From positions 1 to 47,825 of the forward strand of contig JBDUEA010000003.1 of assembly GCA_040002695.1 (NCBI GenBank): a stretch of 47,825 nt of DNA, given 5' to 3'. The position numbers and the translations under genes are program-made. This DNA comes from Gemmatimonadota bacterium (lineage in GTDB: Bacteria > Gemmatimonadota > Gemmatimonadetes > Gemmatimonadales > GWC2-71-9). The notes beneath the pieces are model-generated. The model had not been told where the DNA came from. It saw nothing but the letters and a program-made list of their open reading frames with translations, and made no database searches. Numbering within the stretch: the first letter of the stretch is position 1; each line of letters begins with the position of its first letter. Positions 1 through 8,821 of the stretch are shown here, one piece after another.

Positions 1-2
1 GC

Positions 3-83
3 GCGATGCTCTTCCTGCTCGAAGGCGGAGATTACCTCACCGGACAGACCATCGTAGTCGATGGAGGCCGGATGATTCGCTGA
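3..83 (+). CDS. 3' end of short-chain dehydrogenase/reductase (partial)
   Basis: Frame from nt 3 reads AMLFLLEGGDYLTGQTIVVDGGRMIR*, the typical SDR C-terminal Y-x-TG-x4-VDGG motif; truncated by the window edge. Confidence 0.8.
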   Translation, partial: AMLFLLEGGDYLTGQTIVVDGGRMIR

Positions 84-161
84 CGCTGAGTTCCTCGTAC
101 GACAATCCTGCCTTCCCGCTCCCGAATCATCCATTGGTCCTGGACGCCCTTCGCGAAACTC

Positions 162-190
162 TTGCAACCCTCGCCACATCCTCCTACCTT
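162..190 (+). promoter_or_regulatory. sigma70-type promoter of the padR-ADOP operon
   Basis: TTGCAA (162-167), 17 bp spacer, TACCTT (185-190). Confidence 0.6.
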
Positions 191-205
191 CAGGCAATCT
201 GAAGG
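187..205. promoter_or_regulatory. candidate PadR operator (inverted repeat)
   Basis: CCTTCAG-gcaat-CTGAAGG overlapping the -10 element and the GAAGGAG RBS. Confidence 0.55.
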
Positions 206-212
206 AGCTGCC

Positions 213-569
213 ATGGCCGACCATCGCACCGATCTGCTCCAGGGTACCCTGGAAATGCTGACCCTCAAGACGCTTGCGCTCGAGCCGATGCATGGCTGGG
301 GCATCGCGCAACGCATTCAGCAGATGTCGCAGGACGTCTTTCTAGTTACCCAGGGCTCGCTTTATCCCGCGCTCGTCCGGATGCGGCGGCGCGGCTGGGT
401 CACTACGTCCTGGAAAATCACCGAGAATAATCGTCGGGCCCGGTACTACGAGCTCACCGCGGCGGGTCGCCGCCAGCTCACCGTCGAGCGGGCAACCTGG
501 GCCCGCGCGTCGACTGCGATCAACTGGATTCTCGACTCGCAGTATGGCCTCGCCGGTGGCACGGCATGA
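213..569 (+). CDS. PadR-family transcriptional regulator (acidobacterial type)
   Basis: LLQGTLEMLTLK..MHGWGIAQRI..QGSLYPAL..ENNRRARYY; ATG 213 follows GAAGGAG; overlaps the ADOP gene (ATGA). Confidence 0.93.
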   Translation: MADHRTDLLQGTLEMLTLKTLALEPMHGWGIAQRIQQMSQDVFLVTQGSLYPALVRMRRRGWVTTSWKITENNRRARYYELTAAGRRQLTVERATWARASTAINWILDSQYGLAGGTA

Positions 570-3238
570 GTCTCGTCTCCGACCTGTATGAACGCCTGCG
601 TGCGCTGTTCTTTCGTGCCCGCGAAGATCGCGAGATGCACGAGGAGCTGCAATTTCACGTGGACATGGAAACCGAGCGCAATCGGCGCTCGGGCATGAAT
701 ACCGGCGAGGCGCGCCGCCAGGGTCACCTGGCGCTGGGCGGGGTCGATCAGATCAGCGAAGAAGTCCGGGATGCGCGGGGCACTCGGCTTCTCGAGGACA
801 TGAAAGCCGATGTCGCATACACCGCCCGCACACTCATCCGAAGCCCCGGCTTCGCCATCGTCGCCATCCTTACGCTTGCCATCGGTATCGGCGGCTCGAC
901 CGCGGTCTACAGCGCCGTCGACGCGGTGCTCATTCAGCCGCTTCCCTACCAGGATCCGGGCCAGTTAGTCCGATTGTACATGGCCTACGATTACCATAAT
1001 TCCGACTATCACGCGTGGGTGACCCCGGTCCACTTTCTCGACTATCGCAGTCGCATGTCGTCATTCGAGAGCACGGCGGCGTTGCTGACCTACAGTGAAA
1101 CCGGTGCCGACATCGGTCGTGGAGATGCGGGACGAAGGATCCGGCTCCTCCCGGTGAGCGCTGACTACTTTACCGTGCTCCGGGTGCCACCGGCCCTGGG
1201 ACGACCATTCGATCGCGCGGCTGAAGATGGTCCCGGCGCCGTGGCGGATATCGGAATCGGCGCCCGGAGCGTGGTGCTGAGCCAGTCACTCTGGCGGCAG
1301 GAATTCAACGGCGACCCCGGCGCGATTGGACGCACGCTCGTCATGAACGGCGAACCCTTCGTGGTGGCCGGCGTGATGCCGGCTGGTTTCGTGGACCCGA
1401 TCGCCGGCACCATCGACGCCTGGATTCCGATGGACCTGCGCGCGGGAAAAGATGTTTCCAACGCCAACAACCACTACCTGACGGTAATCGCCCGGTTGCG
1501 GCCCGGCCTGCCGATCGAGCGGGCGGAAGCGGAACTCGATCTGCTGGGCACCGAACTCGCCAAACAGTATCCGAACGCGGCAAACAGCCGAGCCCGCCTC
1601 TATCCACTCAAGGAAGATGTCGTGGGCACGTCCAGTCGCGTGCTCGAACTGATGCTGGGCGCAGTGGCACTCGTGCTCATTCTGGTCTGCGTGAACGTCG
1701 CCAACCTGCTGCTGGTCCGCGCCTCCGAGCGGACCCAGGAATTTGCGCTTCGCTCGGCGCTCGGCGCGGAACGCGCCCGCCTCATCCGCCAGCTGCTCAT
1801 TGAAAGTCTCACGCTTGCCATTGCGGGTGGCGCCGCCGGGCTTGTCGTTGCGCGGCTCGGCATGTCCGCGATCATCGTATTGGGCGGGGGCTCGATTCCG
1901 CGGCTCAGCGCTCTGCACCTCGAGCCACGCCTGCTGGTCTTTTCGTTCGCGCTCTCCACGCTCTGCGCCGTCGGGTTCGGGCTCGCTCCCGCCTTGCGTG
2001 CGGCGCAAACTGAGCCGGGCGAATCGTTACGGGAACAGAGTCGTTCCGCGACGGGCGGCGGGGCGCGCATGCGGACCCGCGAATGGCTGGTAGCCGCCCA
2101 GGTAGCACTCGCCTTCGTGCTGCTCGTCGGGACCGGCCTGCTCGTCGCGAGCATCCAGCGTCTCCGGCAGGTGGATCTCGGGTTCGAGCCCGCAGCGGCG
2201 CTCGCCTTCGAATTGCACCTGCCGGACGCGCGATACGATTCGACTGCGCGAGCGCGCTTCTACGACGCTTTTGCGGACCAGGCCGGCACGTTGCGCGGCG
2301 TCACCGCGGTCGGTGGCATTTCGAAGCTTCCCGCGACGGGCCCGTACCATCAGTGGGGCACGCAGGCGCTGACCGGGCCATACGCCAACGATGAGCGGAA
2401 GGGAAACGTCGCGGCCGAGCAACGGATCGTTTCCGGCAGGTATTTTCAGGCCGTGAACATTCCACTGCTCGATGGACGGCTCTTCGATGCGACCGACGAC
2501 GCTCGCGCGCCCGACCGCGCGCTGGTCAGCAAGAGTCTCGCCGAAGCGCTCTTCCCTGGTGTGCGGGCCGTCGGCCAGCGCCTCAACACAGGCGGGCGGG
2601 TCAGCGAGATCATCGGCGTCGTGGGGGATGTCGCGGTGAACGCCGAGGGTGATCCGGATCAGTATGTCTACCACTGGCACGCTCAGTGGGCCGGCGATCG
2701 AAACTGGGCGCTCGTGCAGATCCTCCGTACCAGCGGATCGCTCGATGCCGCGCAGGCAGACGCCCGCGCACTTCTGACATCCATGGACCCGCAGCTCGTC
2801 ATGTGGAAACCCATGCCGTTGTCGGATGCGGTAGGGCAGGGAGAAGCACAGCGCACCTTCACACTGCGGGTCCTCGGCTGCTTTGCGATCGTAGCACTCG
2901 CACTCTCCGCGCTCGGGCTCTTCGGCGTGCTCTCGTACGGCGTGCGGCTCCGCACACGGGAGTTCGGCATCCGGATGGCTCTCGGCGCCCAGCCCGGCGC
3001 GATCCGCCGGATGGTCATGCGACAAGGCCTCACCATGACCGCGATCGGAACGGTTGCCGGGCTGTTGGGAGCGGTCGCGCTTTCGCGCATCATGGTCGCA
3101 CTCGTGTTCAAGGTCAGTACGTTTGATCCGAGAGTCCTCGGCGGCGCCATGCTCTTCATGGGCTGCGTGGCCGCAATCGCCGCGTATCTTCCGGCCCGGC
3201 GGGCCACTCGCGTCGATCCGCGTACGGCGCTGCAATAG
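566..3238 (+). CDS. ADOP-family duplicated permease (MacB-like periplasmic core + FtsX, duplicated)
   Basis: N-terminal EELQFH prefix, RSPGF..LTLAIGIG, CVNVANLLL.R..ER..EFALR.ALGA, second RTREFGIRMALGA, terminal PARRATRVDP. Confidence 0.93.
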   Translation: MSLVSDLYERLRALFFRAREDREMHEELQFHVDMETERNRRSGMNTGEARRQGHLALGGVDQISEEVRDARGTRLLEDMKADVAYTARTLIRSPGFAIVAILTLAIGIGGSTAVYSAVDAVLIQPLPYQDPGQLVRLYMAYDYHNSDYHAWVTPVHFLDYRSRMSSFESTAALLTYSETGADIGRGDAGRRIRLLPVSADYFTVLRVPPALGRPFDRAAEDGPGAVADIGIGARSVVLSQSLWRQEFNGDPGAIGRTLVMNGEPFVVAGVMPAGFVDPIAGTIDAWIPMDLRAGKDVSNANNHYLTVIARLRPGLPIERAEAELDLLGTELAKQYPNAANSRARLYPLKEDVVGTSSRVLELMLGAVALVLILVCVNVANLLLVRASERTQEFALRSALGAERARLIRQLLIESLTLAIAGGAAGLVVARLGMSAIIVLGGGSIPRLSALHLEPRLLVFSFALSTLCAVGFGLAPALRAAQTEPGESLREQSRSATGGGARMRTREWLVAAQVALAFVLLVGTGLLVASIQRLRQVDLGFEPAAALAFELHLPDARYDSTARARFYDAFADQAGTLRGVTAVGGISKLPATGPYHQWGTQALTGPYANDERKGNVAAEQRIVSGRYFQAVNIPLLDGRLFDATDDARAPDRALVSKSLAEALFPGVRAVGQRLNTGGRVSEIIGVVGDVAVNAEGDPDQYVYHWHAQWAGDRNWALVQILRTSGSLDAAQADARALLTSMDPQLVMWKPMPLSDAVGQGEAQRTFTLRVLGCFAIVALALSALGLFGVLSYGVRLRTREFGIRMALGAQPGAIRRMVMRQGLTMTAIGTVAGLLGAVALSRIMVALVFKVSTFDPRVLGGAMLFMGCVAAIAAYLPARRATRVDPRTALQ

Positions 3239-3280
3239 GTCCTTCTGCAACGCCGCGGTAGTTGTAGCCCGCTTGTGAGA

Positions 3281-3317
3281 CGGAGCGCCGGAGATATTCC
3301 GGCGCTCCGCTCGTTTC
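3281..3317 (+). terminator. probable intrinsic terminator
   Basis: 12-bp stem CGGAGCGCCGGA/TCCGGCGCTCCG, 5-nt loop, weak T tract (CTCGTTT). Confidence 0.6.
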
Positions 3318-3467
3318 CGCATCCATCGGTCCCGTCACATTCCGCGTCGCATCCTGCTCATACCTGCTCGCGTTCTGGCCGGGGTAGACAATGCGGCCTC
3401 CCGGATTAGTTATCCGGGGCGCAGCACCTTCGCTGGGATCGATTAACCGGATCAGGCCGGAGTACCA

Positions 3468-4256
3468 ATGTCCATGGGGCAAACCGAAGCGACCCACATT
3501 CCCGAGCTCGATGCTGCGACGCTCGGCGAGGTCGTCATCATCGGAGGCGGCTGCTACGGAACCTTCTATGCGACTCAGCTCGCGGAGGCGAAGCGGCGCG
3601 GCAAGGCGACTTATACCCGGCTGCTGATCGTCGATCGAGATCCTTCCTGCCAGTTCACCAGGGACATGGCGCCGTCGGACGATCGGACGCTGGTCGTGAA
3701 GGACTGGACCGAGTTTCTGGACTCGTACCTTGGAGCTGCTGCCCGCCGTTCGGCTGACGAAGCATCGGCAGCTGAGATCGTTCCGTCGCCGCTGATGCCA
3801 CATCTCATGTACGAATGGCTGGTGCGCCGCGCGAAGGTTCGGTGGCCCGGACGCGAGATCGAAACCCGTCCGCTGGCTCGCGGCCCGGGGACACCGTACG
3901 ATACCGCCGCCCCGGACGGAACTCGATACGTCTCGTTCGCGGACTGGCTCTGTCCTACGCACTGCATCGAGCCGGCCCTCTGTCCCGCCATTCGCGCTCC
4001 GCGAACATGGGAGATGTCGGACACCCTCGGCGTGCTCCGGGGGGAGCTCGACGGGGACCGGCCGACCGCTGGCCCGGTCCTCTTCGTATGCCGGCATCGG
4101 GTGTTCGCAGTCGGAACCTTCAGCGTCGCGGCGGTGTGTGCTGGAGATGCGGTGGTCGCTGAGGCAGGACAGGGGGGAAGCGAGGTCGATGTACTGGTCG
4201 GCACGGTCTCCGCATGTCATGGCGCGGTCAACCTCCTGCATCTGGGCGCGCTCTGA
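3468..4256 (+). CDS. hypothetical protein: N-terminal Rossmann-like GxGxxG motif plus Cys/His-rich C-terminal region
   Basis: VVIIGGGCYG..LLIVDRD; WLCPTHCIEPALCP, CRH and SACHG; GGAG RBS upstream. Confidence 0.75.
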   Translation: MSMGQTEATHIPELDAATLGEVVIIGGGCYGTFYATQLAEAKRRGKATYTRLLIVDRDPSCQFTRDMAPSDDRTLVVKDWTEFLDSYLGAAARRSADEASAAEIVPSPLMPHLMYEWLVRRAKVRWPGREIETRPLARGPGTPYDTAAPDGTRYVSFADWLCPTHCIEPALCPAIRAPRTWEMSDTLGVLRGELDGDRPTAGPVLFVCRHRVFAVGTFSVAAVCAGDAVVAEAGQGGSEVDVLVGTVSACHGAVNLLHLGAL

Positions 4257-4354
4257 CTCTGTCCGCTGGAAGGGTCTATATTATTTCCCCATGAGTCCGG
4301 AGCGTCGGAGCAATACGCAGTCCGGCGACTGAAAACCCGCAACCGATAGCGACC

Positions 4355-5305
4355 ATGTCCCACGAGTTCGAATTCGATGTCATCATTGTAGGCGGCGGTC
4401 CGGCCGGGCTCTGCGCGGCAATGTACGCGGGGCGCGGGATGCTTCGCGCCGTGCTGCTCGAGCGCGGTGTCCCCGGCGGCGAGCTGCTGAATACCGAGAC
4501 CATCGAGGATTATCCTGGATTCGAGTCGATTCTCGGCCGCGAGCTCGCGACCCGGATGACCGATCACGCGAAGAAGTTCGGCGCTGAGATCCGCCAGGAG
4601 AATGTCGAAGCCATCACGCGGTTGCATGACGGCACGTTCAGCGTGACCACCTCCCTCGGCAAGACCTATCGGGGCGCTGCCGTCATTCTGACCGCCGGCG
4701 GCACGCCGACCAAGCTGTCGGTTCCCGGCGAAGTCGAGTATGCCGGGCGTGGCGTCTCCTACTGCGCGGTGTGTGACGGCGCCTTCTTCAAGGGAGAAAC
4801 CATCGCGGTGGTGGGAGGCGGAGATGCCGCAGTTGAGGAGGCGGACTATCTCACCCGGTATGCGTCGAAGGTCTACGTGATTCACCGCCGCGAGGAATTC
4901 CGCGCATCCAGGCTGCTGCAGGAACGTCTGTTCGCGAATCCGAAAATCGAGGTCATCTGGAACAAGGTGGTCACCGCGCTCGATGGCGGGCCCGGCGGGT
5001 TGCACACGATTCACCTTCAGGACACCGGGACCGACGATCGTTCAACGCTTGCGGCCAATGGCTGCTTCATTTTCATCGGCTTCCGGCCGAACAGCTATCT
5101 GGTGAATGGGCACTTCAACCACGATCCCGCCGGATACATCATCACCGATGATCGCATGATGACCTCGATTCCGGGCCTCTTCGCCGCGGGCGACCTTCGG
5201 GTCCAGCTCACGCGCCAGGTGACGACGGCTGTTGGAGATGCGACGACGGCGGCGATCGCGGTCGAGAAGTATCTGGCCGGGCGAAGGAGCAAGGTCGGTG
5301 TCTGA
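4355..5305 (+). CDS. trxB: thioredoxin-disulfide reductase
   Basis: GGGPAG FAD motif, GVSYCAVCDG redox centre, GGGDAA..HRR NADPH motif, TSIPGLFAAGD. Confidence 0.96.
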   Translation: MSHEFEFDVIIVGGGPAGLCAAMYAGRGMLRAVLLERGVPGGELLNTETIEDYPGFESILGRELATRMTDHAKKFGAEIRQENVEAITRLHDGTFSVTTSLGKTYRGAAVILTAGGTPTKLSVPGEVEYAGRGVSYCAVCDGAFFKGETIAVVGGGDAAVEEADYLTRYASKVYVIHRREEFRASRLLQERLFANPKIEVIWNKVVTALDGGPGGLHTIHLQDTGTDDRSTLAANGCFIFIGFRPNSYLVNGHFNHDPAGYIITDDRMMTSIPGLFAAGDLRVQLTRQVTTAVGDATTAAIAVEKYLAGRRSKVGV

Positions 5306-5945
5306 GCTGGAGATCGTGGCTCTGCCCAATGGACAGTTCGCGGAGAACTGCTATCTGGTTGGAGACCGCGCGTCCCGTGAGGCCATCATCATCGACCCGG
5401 GCGAGGAGCCCGCGCTCTTTCTCGCGGAGCTCGATACCCGGGCCTGGACCCTCTCGGCGATCTGGCTCACCCATGCGCACGTCGATCATATCATGGGTGT
5501 CGGGGCCATCCAGCGCGCGACGGGCGTTCCCATCCATCTGCACCCCGCGGATCGTCCGCTCTATGACGCGCTCCCCGGACAGGGCGGCTGGATGGGCTTG
5601 CACCTGACGGCACCGCCGCCCCCCGATCATCCCTTCGAGGATGGCCAGCGGCTGCGGGTGGGCGGATTCGAGTTCGAGGTGAGACACACCCCTGGGCATT
5701 CGCCGGGGAGCGTGAGCTTCGTGGGTCACGGACTCGTCTTCGGCGGCGATGTGCTCTTCAACGGTTCCATCGGGCGGACCGACTTGCCGGGCGGTGACCT
5801 GTCCACACTCCGCGCCAGCATCCACGACGCCTTTTTCAACCTTCCCGATTCCACCATCGTCTACAGCGGTCATGGACCGGAGACCACCATCGGCGTCGAG
5901 CGGATGACCAATCCATTCCTGACCGGAGCCTACCGGCTTGAATGA
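5298..5945 (+). CDS. metallo-beta-lactamase-fold hydrolase (glyoxalase II/YcbL-like)
   Basis: THAHVDH, HTPGHSPG, GDVLF.GSIGRTDLPGG, SGHG; GTG start at 5298 overlaps the trxB stop. Confidence 0.92.
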   Translation: MSELEIVALPNGQFAENCYLVGDRASREAIIIDPGEEPALFLAELDTRAWTLSAIWLTHAHVDHIMGVGAIQRATGVPIHLHPADRPLYDALPGQGGWMGLHLTAPPPPDHPFEDGQRLRVGGFEFEVRHTPGHSPGSVSFVGHGLVFGGDVLFNGSIGRTDLPGGDLSTLRASIHDAFFNLPDSTIVYSGHGPETTIGVERMTNPFLTGAYRLE

Positions 5946-6138
5946 CGAGCGGCAGGGTGTCGCCGGATCGGGAAGATCGCATCAGGAGCCCGGCAGCGAG
6001 TCAGGCGCGGTCACGGAGCGGTCAACGCACCCCCGCTGCAATCGTTGTGGCTTCGAGGTGATCTCCAAGGCCTGGGGCTGCAAGAATCCTTGTCCCAACT
6101 GCGGAACGGTGTATCCCCTTGGCGACTGTTCGGACTGA
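5938..6138 (+). CDS. small six-cysteine zinc-ribbon-like protein
   Basis: CNRC-x10-C-x3-CPNCG-x7-CSD*; fills the gap between two genes; start uncertain (TTG). Confidence 0.6.
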   Translation: MNDERQGVAGSGRSHQEPGSESGAVTERSTHPRCNRCGFEVISKAWGCKNPCPNCGTVYPLGDCSD

Positions 6139-7450
6139 TACGTCACTTCCCAATCGACCGGCCACGTCGCCCACGCGCGCCGGGGTCATTCCGACCGGTG
6201 CGAATCCGCAATGGAGTTTCGAGCCGCCGGCCGCCCGGCCCTCGATCGATCTCTCACGTATCGAGCCACCGCCCATCCTCCGGCCCGGCGCAAGCCTGTC
6301 CGTACTCGACATCACCAAATATTTCGGCGATGCGACCGGAGGCATCCGTACCTATCTGCTGGAGAAGGCACGTTACGTCGGCCTTCACCCGGAGCTTCGC
6401 CAGGTGTTGCTGGTGCCGGGGGCGCGGGATGCGCTGATGGAATCCGATGGCGTGCGCTGCTACCGGCTGCGCGGTCCCCGCATTCCAACCCAGGACGCCT
6501 ACCGCTTCCTGCTCGCCACTCGAACCACGCGCCGGCTTTTCGAGCACGAGCGCCCCGACATCGTCGAGGTAGGCAGCCCGTTCCTGGTGCCCTGGCTGGC
6601 CCATCATGCGAACCAGCGGCTTCGCGCGCCGATGGTGTGGTTCTACCATACCAACTATCCGCGCATCATCGCGCCTGGTTCCGGCGCCACCCGCTGGCGG
6701 AGCCTCGGCGCCGACCTCGCCTGGCGACACGTGCGCCGAGTCAGCAGGCTCTTCGCGGCCACATTCGCTGCCTCGGACGCCGTGGCCCGGGACCTCGAGC
6801 GCGTAGGTGTCGAGCGGGTAGTCCGGATCGCGCTCGGCGTCGATCTCGTCCGCTTTACTCCCGCCCGACGCGACTCGCGCGAAGAGGCCCGGGCGCGGGC
6901 AGGTCTGCCCGAGGGGCCGCTCGCGATCTTTGCCGGTCGCTTTGCGCAGGAAAAGCAGATCGACGTGCTCGTGCGCGCGTGGCCGGCGATTGAACGCCGC
7001 ACCGGAGCGACGCTCGTGCTGGTGGGCGACGGACCCCAGCGGCCCGCACTTGCAGCCGCCGCGGCTGGTGGTCGCATCACCTTTCTCCCGTACCAGGGGG
7101 ATAGGGATCGTCTCGCCGATCTGCTCGCGGCGGCCGATATGTACATTGCGCCGGGACCGGTAGAGACGTTCGGACTTGCGGCGCTCGAAGCCATGGCGAG
7201 CGGCACGCCGGTGCTCTCCGTGGATCGTGGTGCGGTGCCCGAGCATGTGAACGGCTCCGGCGCGGGAGCACTCTACGCGTGCGGCGACTCCTCCGCTCTC
7301 GCCGACGCGGCCATCCGCCTCTTGGAGAGCGATCTCCCGGCGCTTGGCGTGCTCGCCCGCCGGTACGCGGAACTCAATCACGCCTGGCCCGTCGTGCTGG
7401 ACGGTCTCTTTCAGGCGTACCGTCAGATTCTCGCAGGCCCGCCGCAGTGA
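6119..7450 (+). CDS. GT4-family glycosyltransferase (alpha-1,6-mannosyltransferase-like)
   Basis: GGIRTYL, GRFAQEK, LVGDGP and ETFGLAALEAMASGTPV (E-x7-E); start uncertain, TTG 6119 is the only canonical in-frame start before the domain. Confidence 0.9.
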   Translation: MATVRTDTSLPNRPATSPTRAGVIPTGANPQWSFEPPAARPSIDLSRIEPPPILRPGASLSVLDITKYFGDATGGIRTYLLEKARYVGLHPELRQVLLVPGARDALMESDGVRCYRLRGPRIPTQDAYRFLLATRTTRRLFEHERPDIVEVGSPFLVPWLAHHANQRLRAPMVWFYHTNYPRIIAPGSGATRWRSLGADLAWRHVRRVSRLFAATFAASDAVARDLERVGVERVVRIALGVDLVRFTPARRDSREEARARAGLPEGPLAIFAGRFAQEKQIDVLVRAWPAIERRTGATLVLVGDGPQRPALAAAAAGGRITFLPYQGDRDRLADLLAAADMYIAPGPVETFGLAALEAMASGTPVLSVDRGAVPEHVNGSGAGALYACGDSSALADAAIRLLESDLPALGVLARRYAELNHAWPVVLDGLFQAYRQILAGPPQ

Positions 7451-8404
7451 GTGAGGGTGGCCTCGCCGCCCGCTGGCCTTCACCCGTTACCCAGACCCGA
7501 TCCTATCCCCAATCATCTTTCTGTCCTGACCGCGCACCTGCTCTGCGTGGGCCTCGTATTCACCGATCTCATTGCACGCGCGTTTCGAATTCAGTTCTTT
7601 CTGCGCGGGCTCGGTCACCGCATCACCTTCGGTGAAGCGTTCACCCTCAATGCCTTCGGCGATGCCGCATGTGCTCTCACCCCGCTCCGGATCGGCGGCG
7701 AGCCCGCGAGACTCGGCGGCATGCTCCGCGCGCGGGTTCCGGCGACCGCCGCGTTCGTGGCGATCAGCATCGAGATCCTCGCGGCCTGGCCGGTCGTCAT
7801 CATCTCGGCGGCGCTGCTTGCCTGGGCGTACGCACCCCAGTGGTGGGCGGCGGTGGGTCCGCATCTCGAACGCTTCGCGCATCACGCCTGGCCCTGGCTG
7901 GTGGTGGTCACGCTGCTGAGCGTGCTCGCCTGGCTAGCTGCGCGACGGCGCGCGAAGTCCGCCGTCCGCAACTTTCGCCGGCCCATTCGTCGGGTAATGG
8001 TCTACTGGCGTCGCATGCCCCGCTGGCCGGTTCTGGCGAGTCTTCCGCTCACGTTCATCAACGTGGTGGCGCGGACGGCACTGCTGCCCGTACTGGCACT
8101 CACCGTTTCGGACCCGCCGGCGATCGGTCCCACCGCGGTCGGATCGTTCGCGTTGCTCTACAGCCAGCTGATATTGCCGACGCCCTCAGGCGCCGGCGCG
8201 GTGGACCTCGGTTTTATGGCGGGGGCCGCGGGAGATCTGGGAGACGGAAGCGGACTGCTGCTGCTGGCGTGGCGATTTTATTCGGTGGGGGCCGGCGCGC
8301 TGTTGGGCTTCTGGCTCGCCGGCAGGATCTACGGCTGGAAGGCGCTCAAGAATCGAATGTCGCGGAGAACGTCCGAGCCCACCGCGGGGACGGGTCTTCG
8401 CTGA
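7451..8404 (+). CDS. lysylphosphatidylglycerol synthase TM (flippase-like) domain protein
   Basis: Multiple TM segments; RAFR, LTPLRIGGEP and PTPSGAGAVD..WRFYS motifs of the LPG_synthase_TM family. Confidence 0.8.
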   Translation: MRVASPPAGLHPLPRPDPIPNHLSVLTAHLLCVGLVFTDLIARAFRIQFFLRGLGHRITFGEAFTLNAFGDAACALTPLRIGGEPARLGGMLRARVPATAAFVAISIEILAAWPVVIISAALLAWAYAPQWWAAVGPHLERFAHHAWPWLVVVTLLSVLAWLAARRRAKSAVRNFRRPIRRVMVYWRRMPRWPVLASLPLTFINVVARTALLPVLALTVSDPPAIGPTAVGSFALLYSQLILPTPSGAGAVDLGFMAGAAGDLGDGSGLLLLAWRFYSVGAGALLGFWLAGRIYGWKALKNRMSRRTSEPTAGTGLR

Positions 8405-8418
8405 TCGAGCGGAATTGC

Positions 8419-8751
8419 CTAACCGATAGCTCCGGGTCCCGGCGCGATTGCAACGAGCAGTACGGTCCGTTCGAGTGCTTCGGCGACACCATGTGGTACG
8501 TCGGCCGGCGCCCAGATCAGAGTGCCCGGGGAGACTTCGCGGGTCTCGTCGCCCACGATCATCCTCGCCTTTCCGGATACCACAAAGTAGAATTTGTCCG
8601 CGCCACGGTGCGCATGCACCCGCTGACTCTGGCCGGGCTCGAAACAGTTGAGGCCCGCGAACAGATGATCGCCCTGAGCGAGATCGGCCTTGGTGCCACG
8701 GTCCGCGTCGAATCCGGCCGCGCCATCGACATGAATGAAGTAATCCGGCAT
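8419..8751 (-). CDS. cupin domain protein
   Basis: PGQSQRVHAH..DKFYFVVSG..PADVPHG; ATG at 8751 follows a purine-rich stretch. Confidence 0.88.
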   Translation of the reverse strand: MPDYFIHVDGAAGFDADRGTKADLAQGDHLFAGLNCFEPGQSQRVHAHRGADKFYFVVSGKARMIVGDETREVSPGTLIWAPADVPHGVAEALERTVLLVAIAPGPGAIG

Positions 8752-8821
8752 TCGATCTCTTTCTCGTGACGGTTGTGCCCCCTGACTCCCGCTCACTGCT
8801 ACCCCTCACCGCTTACCGCCA

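Noticed and set aside
3334-3362. ECF-like promoter GTCACA-N16-GCTC
   Set aside because: The match is weak, occurs once, and no ECF sigma gene lies in the window.
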